Below, in pieces: positions 26,566-39,027 of a stretch of DNA of 64,000 nucleotides. The DNA comes from Malacoraja senta. Its lineage: Eukaryota. The first letter of the stretch is position 1. Every line of letters starts with the position of its first letter. The notes under the pieces were generated by a model, which was not told the origin of the DNA, searched no databases, and saw only the letters and a program-made list of their open reading frames with translations. The DNA lies in NCBI GenBank assembly GCA_038087875.1, contig CM075989.1:23810001-23874000 (forward strand), read 5' to 3'. Position numbers and translations under genes: made by a program.

Positions 26566-26835
26566 AGTCAAGTCAAGTCACATTTATTTATATAGCACAT
26601 TTAAAAAACAACTCTCGTTGGCCAAAGTGCTTTACATTTGTTATAAGAATAGTATAAACAAACAAATTACATACATATATACATATAGCCCTCGCTCAGA
26701 GGATGTCAAGAAAGGCTTGGGAGTATAGATAGGTTTTTAGTCTTGACTTAATGGAGTCGATGGAGGGGGCAGTTCTGATGGGAAGGGGGATGCTGTTCCA
26801 CAGTCTAGGAGCTGCAACCGCAAAGGCGTGGTCAC
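26566..26835 (-). mobile_element. L2-clade LINE 3' fragment, same family as 39028-39830
   Basis: AFAVAAPRLWNSIPLPIRTAPSI...KSRLKTYLYSQAF; 3'UTR nearly identical to the 39028 copy. Confidence 0.85.
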
Positions 26836-29067
26836 CTGCCCATGTTCCCCAGAGATCCTGCCTGACCTGCTGAGTTACTCCAGCACTCTGAAACATCACC
26901 TATCCAAGTTCTCCAGCGATGCTGCCTGACCCACTGAGTTACTCCAGCGTTTTGCGTCTGACTACACAAAGTCTGAGCTCATCCACGTGATCTCATTTGA
27001 CCCAACTGGGGATCAGATCCCTGCCACATGGGGGCAGCTCAACACCTTCACACAGAGAGCAACAGGACACCATGCCGTAGTTCAGTTTAGTTTAGTTTAG
27101 TTTATTGCCATGTGTCCCTTGTCCCATTCCATTCTTTCAGAAGCATTAACTCACATATCTCCAGATTTAATATAATTTCCCATTTTCTGTCCAACCAACC
27201 AGAATGTCATCCTACCACAACCAGAGAGAAGTCCTGAACTACTATCTACCTCATTGGTGACCCACGGACTATCCTTTACACCCCAGCGGTATGAACATCG
27301 ACTTCTCTAATTTCAGGTAGTCCTTGCTTTCTCCCTCCTTCCCCTTCCCAGCTCTCCCACAAAGCTTACTGTCTCCGCCCCTTCCTTTCATTTTCCCACC
27401 CCCCCCACCTCCCCCCGCCGACATCAGTCTGAAGATGGGTCTCGACCCGAAATGTCACCTATTCCTTTTCTCCATAGATGCTGCCTCACCCGCTGAGTTT
27501 CTCCAGTATTTTTTGTCTACTTTCGATTTTTCCAGCATCTGCAGTTCCTTCTTAAACACTTGGACTATCCTTGATCGGACTGAGGTACTGTGAAAAGCTT
27601 TTGTTACGCGCTAACCAGTCAGCGGAAAGACAATACATGATTACAATCGAGCCATTTACAGTGTACAGATACATGATGATGGAATAACGTTTGGTTTAGT
27701 CACCTGCTCACTTTCTGGAGCAGAGTGTCACCACCCTCCATTGAATGACTGTGATCTCAGGCCAGTGAGATATCATTTGTACCAGGCTGAATCGTGCCTT
27801 CACCGGACACAGAGATACCAGCCGTCAGTAGCTGCCTGTCTCCCCGTGGCAATGAGCTGCGGTACATTAGCAGCTAGTTGTCGTGCAGGAGTGCAGAGGT
27901 CTGGCGGCAGCAGAATGCGTGCCTGCAGGACAACAGGTGTGGTGTGTGTCAGCTCTTCCATCATAGACAGTGATGGGTACAAGCCCTCCGCACACACCCT
28001 GCTGCCTGGACCCAGCAGGCTGTCAGCTACCTCATAGAGTCACACAGCACAAACACAGGCCCTTCGGCCCAACTTGTCCATGCCGACTAACATGCCCCAT
28101 CAGGATGAGGGGGCACATCATTGAAACTTACCAAATAATGAAGGGCCTGGATAGAGTGGATGTGCAGAGGATGCTTCCATTAGTGGGAAAGATTACTTGA
28201 TGGGCCAAATGGCCTAATTCTGCTCCTAGAACCTATGAACATACAAATCTACACACGTCCCACCTGCCTGAGTCAGGCAAAAGCCTGTGCTAGTCATTAA
28301 AACTCTGGTATTAAACTCGTGCTAGTGGGTGAAACTCTGGTATTAAGCTCTGCAAATCGTTCTGGAAGTTGATTCAGTGATAGAGCAGTCACATTGCCCA
28401 ACCACTGCCTACCATGTCCATTCAGTTGTACATTTAATGCGGAAACAGGCCTGTTGGCACACCGTGTCTCTCTACACACTAGGGACAAATCACAGAAGCC
28501 AATTAACCCGCAAACCTGCATGTCGTTGGAGGTTGGAGTGTGGGAGGAAACCAGAGCACCCGGAGAAAACCCACGCAGTCTCGGGGTGAACATACAAACT
28601 CTGTACAGACAGCGCCCATAGTCAGGATCGAACCCTCAGACTATCCGTGTTCAGACTTTACTGGCATTCCTTGCACTAAACATTATTCCCTTTATCATGT
28701 ATATATACCATGTAAATGGCTCGATTGTAATTACGTATTGTCTTTCCGCTGACTGGATAGCACGCAACAAAAGCTTTTCACTGTACCTCGGTACACGGGA
28801 CAATAAACTAAACTGAAGTGAACGTACATACCAATCCCATTCACCTGCATTCGACCCATTGCCTGAAGTGCCTTGGTGATGATGCAAGTGCTTGGTTGAG
28901 ATGTACCCTCCCTGTTTCCAGCGTATCTGCCTCCACCACCACCTCCTCAATTGGCAAGTTCCAACTGCTCTGTGTGAAATAAATTACCCCTCACGTCACC
29001 AACCTTATATCTTGCCTTTTCAGAAATGGAGATAATTTTGAATAATTCTTAATAAAGTATCATCCAC

Positions 29068-29830
29068 CGGGTGGCGCCGTCAGCGATGGCTGCCTCGTCT
29101 GTCTGTCTTTTCCTCTTTTTTTGTTATTTTTTGTGTGATTTAAAAAGTTTGTGTTAATGTTCTATGGTTTGTTTTATGTGGGGGGTGGGGGGGAGGGTCG
29201 GGGGAAACTTTTTTCTCAATTTCTTACCTTGCCGGAGATGCGATTGTTTTCCGGATTGTATCTCCGGTCGCTCTGCGGCCTAACGTCATGGAGCTGGAGG
29301 CCTTGCATGAGACTGACTTTGACCCCCACCACGGCGCCGTGGACTTACCATCGGAGCCTGCGATCCCTTGCCTGGGATCGGCGCTCCAACTGCGGCCTGC
29401 GGATTCCAACATCGAGGAACTCGCAGTCTCGGGTAGAGACTGATTTCGGGAAGCTCCAAGCCGCAGGAAGTTCGACCAGCCCTGACCCGGGGTCCGATCG
29501 CCCGGCGCGGGGGAGCTGAGATCCCCCCTAATGCGGGAGCTTGATCGTCCCAATGCGGGGGGCTCAACCGCCGGTTGCGGGAGCCGATCGACCCTTCAAC
29601 GAAGGCTCGAGGCCCCCGACCACAGGAGAACATAGAAGGGAAGAGATTTGAACTTTTTTTCGCCTTCCATCACAGTGAGGAATGTGGAGGAGTCACTGTG
29701 GTGGATGTTTATGTTAAAATGTATTTTGTGTGTTTTGTTGCTTTTTATTGGTATGACTGTATGGCAAATCAAATTCCTCGTATGTTGCAAAACATACTTG
29801 GCTAATAAAGTATGATTATAATTATGATTA
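29068..29830 (+). mobile_element. Non-coding GC-rich non-autonomous element (family also at ~23708-24920 and ~52899-53390)
   Basis: Starts gtggcgccgtcagcgatggctgcc; T-rich and G-tract leader; GC-rich core; shared block gccttccatcacagtgagg...gtggatgtt; aataaa plus short tandem tail. Confidence 0.6.
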
Positions 29831-29833
29831 AAA

Positions 29834-30347
29834 TAAAATAAAAATGTGGATTTCTAATATGTCGGAACTGTTACACCTAGAAGATATGAGATTCCTCTTA
29901 GCAGGTAAACCAGACCGATTCCAAAAGATTTGGGCTCCATTTATCGACTTATTACAAATATAGGGTGCAACAAAATGTTGATAATAAATGGTTTCAGGAC
30001 CTGGCGAGTAAATGGTTTTAGGACCTGGTGAGGGGTGAGTAAAGATATGAAGTAGGTACATCCCTTTTATCTTGTCTTATCTTATCTTACTTTTTTTTCT
30101 TTTTCCTTCTTTTGTTTTTTTTTGTTTAACACTTTCTTGTGGTTTTGGTCCCTATGGGGTTTCCTGGACCACTCTTTCACTCACTCACTTACTATCTCTG
30201 CTAACTCTCTCTATCTTTTTTCTTATTAAAGTTTAAAATAAGAAGTGGTACAAGAAATGTATAATTTTATGTTTGTTTGAGATCACTGCACTGCACAATA
30301 CTTCTAATAAAAAAATAAAAAAAATAAAAAAAGTTTAAAAAAATTAC
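29834..30347 (+). mobile_element. Fish-type L1 LINE extreme 3' end with poly(A)
   Basis: IKMWISNMSELLHLEDMRFLLAGKPDRFQKIWAPFIDLLQI* resembles the ORF2 C-terminus of fish L1s; T-rich 3'UTR; aataaa plus A-rich tail at ~30306-30347. Confidence 0.7.
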
Positions 30348-30418
30348 TATGATTAGCTATCAGACATTGTGTATTGAACAATGGCATGTCAGCCCATTAA
30401 TGCCGTGCATTTCCATAT

Positions 30419-30548
<130 letters not shown>

Positions 30549-32362
30549 GAGAACACACACAAATCGTCCTTTAGCAATCAAGTTTTAGATAAAATTCACT
30601 CAAGTACTGTGCAAGAACTTTACCCCCCACACACACAAAAATAATACAAGCCCAGTTCTAAAAGAGAAGAGAATTCTAAATTAATCCATCGCTTTGCCAA
30701 CATTCCAGTGAGGAAACAAATGATTCTGCAAACAAAACACGTTTCACTGCCCACCTTTCTCCTCTCCATTGAGGTCAGCAAAGAGTCGTCATTGGGTGGG
30801 GTGTTACAAAGTCTGTGGGTTTCTCACCCACCCAGTTTGGTTAAAATTACCTCCAACTTGCCAATGAATACACAAGCCTTTTAGCTCAAGGAGGTTCAGC
30901 AGGAAACAAAGAAGAACGTGCATATGTAAAGGGGCAACACAGTAATAAAACAGAGACATTAAGTGTTGGAGTAACTCAACGGGTCAGGCAGCATCCCTGG
31001 AGAACATGGATTGGTGACGTTTCAGGTCAGGATGTTTCTGCATAGCCCGCTGAGTTACTCCAGCACTTTGTGTCTATCTTCTGTTGCAGAATGACATGTG
31101 GTCTGTCCCATTGTGCTCACCACTGCTGAAATGGAGATAGTTTTGGGGATAAGACTCTAAATGTCATTCCGTTTGATGCATGTATACAGTGTATGGCCTG
31201 CTAGGTTTGTGATCTGCCTCAATGAAGTCTGCTATTCTTACACTACTCTGTTGCACTTTTGTACTTGTATTGTATGATTGTACTGTATTTAATGCAAAAC
31301 AAAAGATTTCACTGAGGTACATGAGACAATAAAGTATCATTGATCCACTTCCACAACTTTGATTGCTTCACCAATGACAAACACGGCTTCACCTTCCTTC
31401 AATCCCAGTCCGAAATCTCCTCTCACCCTCCTTTAAGACTCTAGTTAAGCCCTCACTCTTGGCCAAGATGTTTGGCAGATGTCTTAAATGTCTCCTAAAG
31501 CGGCTGAAACATTGTACTGGAATGCAATCATTTGAAAGATTCAGGGTACCACATTAACACATAGCATACACATTCAAAAGATAGACACAAAATGCAGTAG
31601 TAACTCAACGGGTCAGGCAACATCTCTAGAGAAAAGGATTAGGTGCCGTTTTGGGTGGAGACCCTGTTTCAGACTGCAGTTGGTCTAAAGAAGGGTCTCG
31701 ACCCAAAACATCACCTATTCCTTTTCTCCAGAGATGCTGCCTGACCCGCTGAGTTACTCCAGCATTTTGTGCCTATCGTTGGTGTAAGCCAGCATCTGCA
31801 GTTCCTTCCTAAGGTCATAAGGTCATACGGACAGATCTTGTAGAGGTGTACAAAATCATGAGAGGAATAGACTCGGTAGACGCAGTCTCTTGCCCAGAGT
31901 TGGGGAATGGAGGACCTGAGGTCATTGGTTTAAGCTGAGGACGGAAAGAATTAATAGGTCATAAGGTCATAAGGGATAGGAGTAGAATTAGGCCATTTGG
32001 CCCATCAAGTCTACTCCGCCATTGAATCACGGCTGATCTCTCTCTCCTATCCCCATTCTCCTGCCTTCTCCCCATAACCTCTGATATTTGTACTAATCAA
32101 GAATCTATCTAATCAAGAATCCGACAGATACCATATCAATTCAATCTGTTATTGAGCACTTTTTACCAGGGCTGTAAATGTGGAGCGGCAAAGACCCTTA
32201 ATGACTCTGAACAACATCCTTGCAAGAAGGGTCAGGCCAGCCCTGAACTGTTGCATGACCTTGGGCACACGACTATCACAGACTTCATTCATACAACAGC
32301 TTTGGTCCAGCTGCAAGTATGGCAGTGTCTCCAGATTTATCCTCAAGACAGGAAGCACTTAC

Positions 32363-32388
32363 CAGCCTCGGCAGAACTTGGAGAACAC
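32363..32388 (-). other. Candidate 26-nt micro-exon (or 248-nt exon starting at 32610)
   Basis: Acceptor ctctgttctccttccag and donor CTG|gtaagt; the 26 nt are open in all frames; no recognisable protein. Confidence 0.25.
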
Positions 32389-32751
32389 CTGGAAGGAGAA
32401 CAGAGGCCTCCCTTCACACCAAATGGCTTGAGGCCAAATATCTTTGATGTCCACTCTACTGCACACAGTGTGTCGACATCTGACAGTGGCAGCAGGAAAG
32501 ACCTGTCTCGTGAATCACATCTGGCCCCTTTGACTCTTCGACACAATTGATGGTGCAAGCATCTCCTCAGCAAAGTCATGGGCATTGCACTTAGGGACCA
32601 GCAAGTCCGCCTGACAGCAGGGGAAAGAGATTTGTGGCGTCTTCAAATAGATACATATTCTGCAAAAGGGCAGAGATACACAACATGGAAAATAACAATA
32701 GAAAAAAACAAAATGAGAATTAAGTTACAATGGGTGGTGATCATAGCCACT

Positions 32752-33045
32752 GGTGACACAGTGGCGCAACGGTAGAGTTGCTGCCTCACAGCGCCAGAGA
32801 CCTGGGTTTGATCCTGACTACGGGTGCTGTCTGTACGGAGTTTGTATGTTCTCCCTGTGACTGCGTGGGTTTTCTCCGGGTGCTTCGGTTTCCTCCCACA
32901 CTCCGAAGACGTAGGTTAATTGGCTTGGCAGAATTGTAATTTGTCCCTAGTGTTTGTTGGATAGTGTTGTTGCGCCGGGATCGCTGGTTGGCGCGGACTC
33001 AGTGGGCCGAAGGGCCTGTTTACGCACTGTATCTCTAAAGTAAAC
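32752..33045 (+). mobile_element. HE1-like V-SINE (tRNA-derived head, V domain, CR1-like tail), representative copy
   Basis: A box gtggcgcaacggtag, B-box-like ggtttgatcc, V domain gcgtgggttttctccgggtgcttcggtttcctcccacactcc, tail gggccgaagggcctgttt...gtatctctaaa. About 20 full or partial copies in the window. Confidence 0.9.
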
Positions 33046-33162
33046 GTCTGAAGAATAATTTATTTCAAACATGAAGCAATCATGATGGAACAATTGCTAT
33101 TGATCAGGCTTCCTTTTGGGGGAGAAATGCATAGAGTAATAGAATCATCAAATGGCCCAATT

Positions 33163-33215
33163 GGGGTGGGAGATTGCAACCTTCACGTGGTCCGCCCTGT
33201 TTCGACTAATGCAAT
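33163..33215 (+). ncRNA. Predicted minimal HDV-like (CPEB3-type) self-cleaving ribozyme
   Basis: P1 GGGGTGG(33163-69)/CCGCCCT(33192-98) with G1.U wobble; P2 ATTGCA(33173-78)/TGCAAT(33210-15) perfect; P3 ACC/GGT; L3 TTCACGT; GT after P1; P4 reduced to T-TTCG-A; J4/2 CTAA with candidate catalytic C33206. Confidence 0.85.
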
Positions 33216-33304
33216 AAACTCGACGTGCACAAACGGAAGATCAAATAGAACAAGTTGTCCAACAACTTTAGGCTGTGCACGCCACACACAAGAAGAAGAA
33301 GAAG
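33163..33304 (+). mobile_element. Short non-autonomous retroposon (ribozyme-headed, (GAA)n tail; Vingi/Ingi-like SINE), copy 1
   Basis: 9-bp TSD ggcccaatt at 33154-33162 and 33305-33313; ends CACACACAAGAAGAAGAAGAAG; homologous copy at 25553-25688. Confidence 0.85.
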
Positions 33305-36300
33305 GGCCCAATTCATCATGGGAACCAAGATGTCCCATCGACACTAGTCCCATTCACCCACATCCCTCTAAATCTTTCCTATCCATGCACCTGCCCAAAT
33401 GTTGTTACAGTCCCTGCCTCAACTACCTCCTCCGGCAGCTCGTTCCATACACACACCACCCTCCGAGTGAAACAGTTACCCGGTTGAATTGTCCCTCTCA
33501 CCTCAAACCCATGGCCTCTGGTTCTCAATTCCCCAACCCTTGTTCTCATCATGATTTTACACACTTCTGTAAGAGCATCCCTTCAGCCTTGTGTGGAGTG
33601 TAGTTCATGGAGAATGTATTTTACAGTTTCCAACCCAACCAATAGCTTGTAAATGCAAGCTTTCATGAGTGCTGGGAAGCCTCACCACATCCAGGCTTTG
33701 ATGGCTGTTGCCGATTTAAAAATGTTTCCTGTATTGTAGCAGTTACTTGATCTCAAGACTACTTTCTCCTCAGCTGAAAACATCTTTGAGCTCACGAGAA
33801 GCAGGAGAGAATTTTTTTTTTCTTTTGTTATTCTTGTGACAGACCTTTGAAGAATGGGACATAAAATATTGGTGTAGGAAGGAACTGCAGATGCTGATTT
33901 ATACCGAAGATAGACTAAAAATGCTGGAGTAACTCAGCGGGACAGGCAGCATCTCTGGAGAGAAGGAATGGGTGATGTTTTGACCCGAAACGTCACCCAT
34001 TCCGAAACATCACCTATTCCTTCTCTGCAGAGATGCTATCTGACCCGCTGAGCTTTTTGTGTCGATCATAAAATAATGGAGTTCTCACTCTCTACACCAA
34101 TTGATCTGGTGCCTTCTGCCTCTGGAGATGTGCTCAACTTCAAGAGATGTGAAGATGATGTTTCCACTAGTGGGACAGTCTGGGACTAGAAGCCATAGAA
34201 GTCAGAATGAAAGGTTGTACCTTTAGAAAGATGTGATGGAATTACTTTAGTCAGAGGGTGGCGAATCTGTGGAATTCTTTGCCACAGACTACAATGATCC
34301 CAAGTCAATTGGTATTTATAAGGCAGAGATTGACAGATTCTTGATCATTACGGGTGTCAGGGCTTATGGGGAGAAGGCAGGAGAATGGGGTTGAGAGGGA
34401 GAGATAGATCAGCCATGATTGAATGACGGAGTAGACTTGATGGGCCGAATGGCCGAATTCAGCTCCAAGAACATGAACCTATTTCAGGTAACTCGATTTC
34501 CACAATTAATCGACACAGTCAATAATAAGATTCTAAAGAATGCAAAATGTTCCAAAGATACAGATTTTGTTTTACTCACCAGGCCCTTGTTATTATTGCA
34601 ATGAAACCTGTGCATGCTAACCACTACCGTTATTTAAAATCATTGCCCACACACGACTGTGCTTCTAAAAGAGGTTGTGTCTAAGTTCAATTGCCTTTGT
34701 TGAAGAGAGCCTTTGATATCTTGGAATCGGGATTCTGGGCAGACTTGATAATTGCATCCTGGAATCTTGTAACCCACCCAATGTCAGTGGTCTTTCCTTG
34801 AAGACAGGAACATCAAAACAAAACAAAAATCAATCTTCTGCAGGTTAATTCCTGCATATGGTCTTAGATGAAGTAATTATGATTGTAAAGCAGCAGCTGT
34901 TATCCTTCAACGCGACTCATAACACTGGTTCTGGAGTAGACACAAAATGCTGGAGGAACTCAGCGGGACAGGCAGCAACTTTGGAGAGAAGGAATGGGTG
35001 ACGTTTCGGGTCGAGACCCATCCTCAGTGATTATAGTGGTTCTATAATGATGAACACAAAAAGATACAAAAACTTCCAAGTGCCAAGTGACGATTGTTAC
35101 AATGTCAAACCACTCCCTCGTACAAGCTGAAATCAGTACATCATTTACAAGAATTCCAGTGGGGTGACCTCTTCAAATATGTTCCTCCAGGAATTTTGTG
35201 ACAGCTGTTAAGATGGATAGATTTTTCAGCCTTCATAGTTACCGCAGTGAGAATACAATGGATTGGTCAGTGTTGTACTGACAACAGAAGTAAATATTCA
35301 GTTTCTTTGAACAGTTCCGGTAGGTGAAGCTGAAAAATAATACAAATTTCAGATAGAGTTGTTGGAAATAACAAGTAGTGTTCTGTGACGACTCGTTTAT
35401 TTAAACTTTCTTCGGAGGGAACGGTTTGAATCCTCTGACAGGTTTGACGTGGGCCTCAAAACTGCAAAAAATCTCAACTTTTGTCGACAGTGGAATGTTG
35501 GAAACCTTACGTAAAGTCTTTGAAAGTTTACTTGAGAAGTCTTATTGCAAGACGTTTGCTTTCTGAAGCCCGACTTGATGTTTAATCGTGAGTTGCTATT
35601 CAGGTTGAAATGCAAACCTCAATAAATAACTTTGCAGATATTTGTATCAAAAAATGATACAAAACTTCTCATAAACTGCATCCTTTTTTTAATTTGAAAG
35701 AAGGGAAATGAAATGTTAGATGTTTGATCGCTTTCACAAAATAGAATGGTGTGATGTATACGCAAAAAATACAGGGTTGATTACTGCACCATGAACTGGT
35801 ACCTATTTATTTATTCAGGCACAACTGCTAACATTTTTTTTGGTTGACTTCTTCAAAGAAATTGCAAGTTCAAGGGGAACATATACTCAAGGGCCAAGAA
35901 TCAACAGTTCCATTCATTGTGTGCCGACATGGTCAGGGTTATGTACAGCTCGTTAGTTGCCACTTGAGTTTTTATTACCAGACATCCCCTTTACAATCAG
36001 TTTCCACTTGGAAGGGGATGAAGTCTGTTAAAAGGCATTCCAATTTATGTACTGCAAATCACTAGATTTGGACAACTTCTCGTATCTGTAAACCATTTTA
36101 ATTATAAATAAATGCAAGCAAATGAGACGCATTGAAGAATTTTCCAAACTGCTCCTTGACATCTGGAAGGCTCGTTCAGCAGGACCTCGCCCCAAGGCTT
36201 GTTGGTTGTCGTGACCAGTTATCTGTCCGCAGGCTCATCAGTCAGTGGGACCGGCAACCCACCCAAAGGCTAGTTGCACAGTGTAATTGGGGGAAGCTAG

Positions 36301-36354
36301 AAATGTTGAATGCAAGGAGCAAGGGCTGGCAGAGGGACACAGAGATGGCCGGGC

Positions 36355-36672
36355 GAGGAGAGAAGAGGAGAGGAGAGGAGAGGAAAGGGGAGGAGAGGAG
36401 AGGAGAGGAGAGGAGAGGAGAGGAGAGGAGAGGAGAGGGGAGGAGAGGAGAGGAGAGGGGTGGAGAGGGGAGGAGAGGAGAGGAGAGGAGGAGAGGGGAG
36501 GAGAGGAGAGGAGAGGAGAGGAGAGGAGAGGAGAGGAGAGGAGAGGAGAGGAGAGGAGAGGAGAGGAGAGGAGAGGGGAGGAGGGGGAGGAGGGGGAGGA
36601 GAGGGGAGGAGAGGAGAGGAGAGGAGAGGGGAGGGGAGGAGTGGAGCGGAGAGGAGAGGAGAGGAGAGAAGA
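36355..36672. repeat. (GGAGA)n polypurine pentanucleotide repeat
   Basis: Seen directly, ~320 bp of near-pure purine on the + strand. Confidence 0.97.
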
Positions 36673-38007
36673 GGGACGTCGGTTTGTCTGAACTGCTCCT
36701 GTACATCGAGCAAGCGGGCCGACCGGACTTTGGACTTTGTATAATGGCGCCAAAAATGGCAGCACCAACATGTGTAATATATGCAAAAATAATGTCACGG
36801 TGCAGTTGCATATGTGACATATAAAGCCCCATCGAACCATTGTCTACATATTTGATTGAGAACTGCATTGGGCAACTCTTCCACTGAGTTCAGGTGGAGA
36901 CTCCTTGGCATTTTATTAACAAGTTGAGATGGGTCTTAGTTGTTGGTCTTATCACAAGCCCCCATCCAAAAATCACACACACTGTCCACTCTGATAGAAT
37001 ACAGAACACAAACAGTACAGAAACTCTCGGCAAATCACTGAGCACAAATGGGGTCAAGGAAAGAGTGTTCACGTCATGGTCCTGTTTCCACCAATCTTTC
37101 CACCACCACACACAAGAAGCACAAGAAGCACAAGAAGTACAAGACAGACACCATTGTATGCAGATGCCGAGAAGTGTGTTCAGCTCTGGCTGAATAACTT
37201 CTAATCTTGTGCGTGGACTCGACAAGAAGAAGACTGAGCAAAAATAAAGATCAAATGATTCTTAATGATACCATGTAACAAACAAGCGTTTGACTGTACC
37301 TTGGTACACGTGACAATAAAGGACCATTGAATCATTGAACCATATACAAATAGCACATCACCATCTAATATACAAGTCGAACAAAGCCACAGTCATGTCA
37401 CAGACACTTCCTCACCATCTTTGATTGTGATTAGAAGCTTAGCTGTCCGGGAAACAAGGCCAAGAGCTGTGTTCTGATCAGTTGGCACATCTCCCAGATG
37501 TGAAACTTAGTACCTCACCAACATGTACATCAGTGATCAGAGGAGGAAAGTCTAACAATAGGGTCCCAGATGCCCATTGCCTGGTACGAGTTGTGATGGC
37601 AATGTCAAAGATGTTTTCTAAACACTGCCAGAGCCCCCAGTGCTGTGCATGACCACGTCTGCAAGGGACTCTTTAATTGCCCAATTTGCAGTTAAACTTT
37701 TTTGGGCAACACAAGCTTACACAATTCCCACACGTATATCCTGATCCATCTTTTGTGAAGAGAACTCGTGGTATTGCTGTTTTGTCTGAGTCAACCTCGT
37801 TAGTCAAAGCATGTAATCCGTGCTCGGACCCAGGGCTGTGGTGCTTCTCGTATGTACATGGCAACACACGATAAATTATATACACAAGAGATGCTTCTCT
37901 TAAATATTTCAATAGTTGCTATCTGGTAGCGGCTCCATGTTAAAAGAGAAGACTCTACATGATAAAGAGATCTGAAACTAAGACAGAAATATTCTGGCAC
38001 TTTAGAC

Positions 38008-38310
38008 CTTAGAGATAGATACAGCCTCCGAAACAGGCCCTTCGGCCCACCGAGTCCGCGCTGACCGGTGATTACCCCGTGCACTAGCACTATCCCACGC
38101 ACTTGGGACAATTTACAATTTACAGAAACCAATTAACCTACCGACCTGCACGTCTTTGGAGTGTGGGAGGAAACCGGAGCACCTGGAGAAAACCCACGCA
38201 GTCACGGGGAGAACGTACAAACTCCAGCACAGACAGTACCTGAGGTCTGGATTGAGCCTGGCTCTCTGGCGCTGTGAGACTGCAACTCTACCGCTGCGCC
38301 ACGGTGCTGC
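38008..38310 (-). mobile_element. HE1-like V-SINE
   Basis: Head, V domain and tail present on the minus strand. Confidence 0.85.
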
Positions 38311-39027
38311 ATCTTGAATTTGAGGCCAGGCATCTGTTTTCACCATAAGAGACAAATATATACTGGATAACTCAAGGCATCCTGGTTATGCACAATCCTA
38401 GTGCACATGCTCATATCTTCTGAAGCAGAGACCTAAGCACAATAAATGCTTGTGACTTCAAAAGCAGTCCTGCTGGGCTATTTGTTAAAGGTGTCATTTT
38501 CCCAGAAAGACAATAAATAGAGACAGTGCTCTCTGTAAAATGGATATAAAACACTTCATGGCGTGACTTCAAATGGAGTTATCACTAATGCTTCAATCAA
38601 TATTTGGATGCACAAGAGACTGCTGATGCTGGAATCTGGAACAAACTCCAAACTGCTGGGCAAACTCAGGGATCGGGCAGCATCTGTGGGAGGTGGGGTA
38701 AGGGGGGAAATAATTGTTGACATTTTGGGGTCGAGATCTCATTCACGTTACAGGTGCTGCCCGAGGAAAAAATAAAGGAACCCCCCCCCCCCCCCCCCAC
38801 AAATTATAACAAATAGTTACTTAAAACAACAAATTATTTTTAACGTTGAATTTTGCGGCGAACTGCAGATGCTGGTTTAGTCCAAAGATAGCCGGGGTAA
38901 CTCAGCGGGACAAGCAGCATCTCAGGAAAGAAGGAATGGGTGACATTTTGGGTCGAGACCCTTCTTCAGACTGAGAGTCAGGGGAGAGAGAGACTAGAGA
39001 TATGAAGATGGACATGGTACAAGTGAA

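Noticed and set aside
36132..36868. Several 130-230 aa ORFs (GEERR / SSPLL repeats)
   Set aside because: Translations of the (GGAGA)n microsatellite.
36890..37225. 111-aa minus-strand ORF
   Set aside because: No recognisable host protein; at best a degenerate Tx1/L1-like remnant containing a short tandem duplication.
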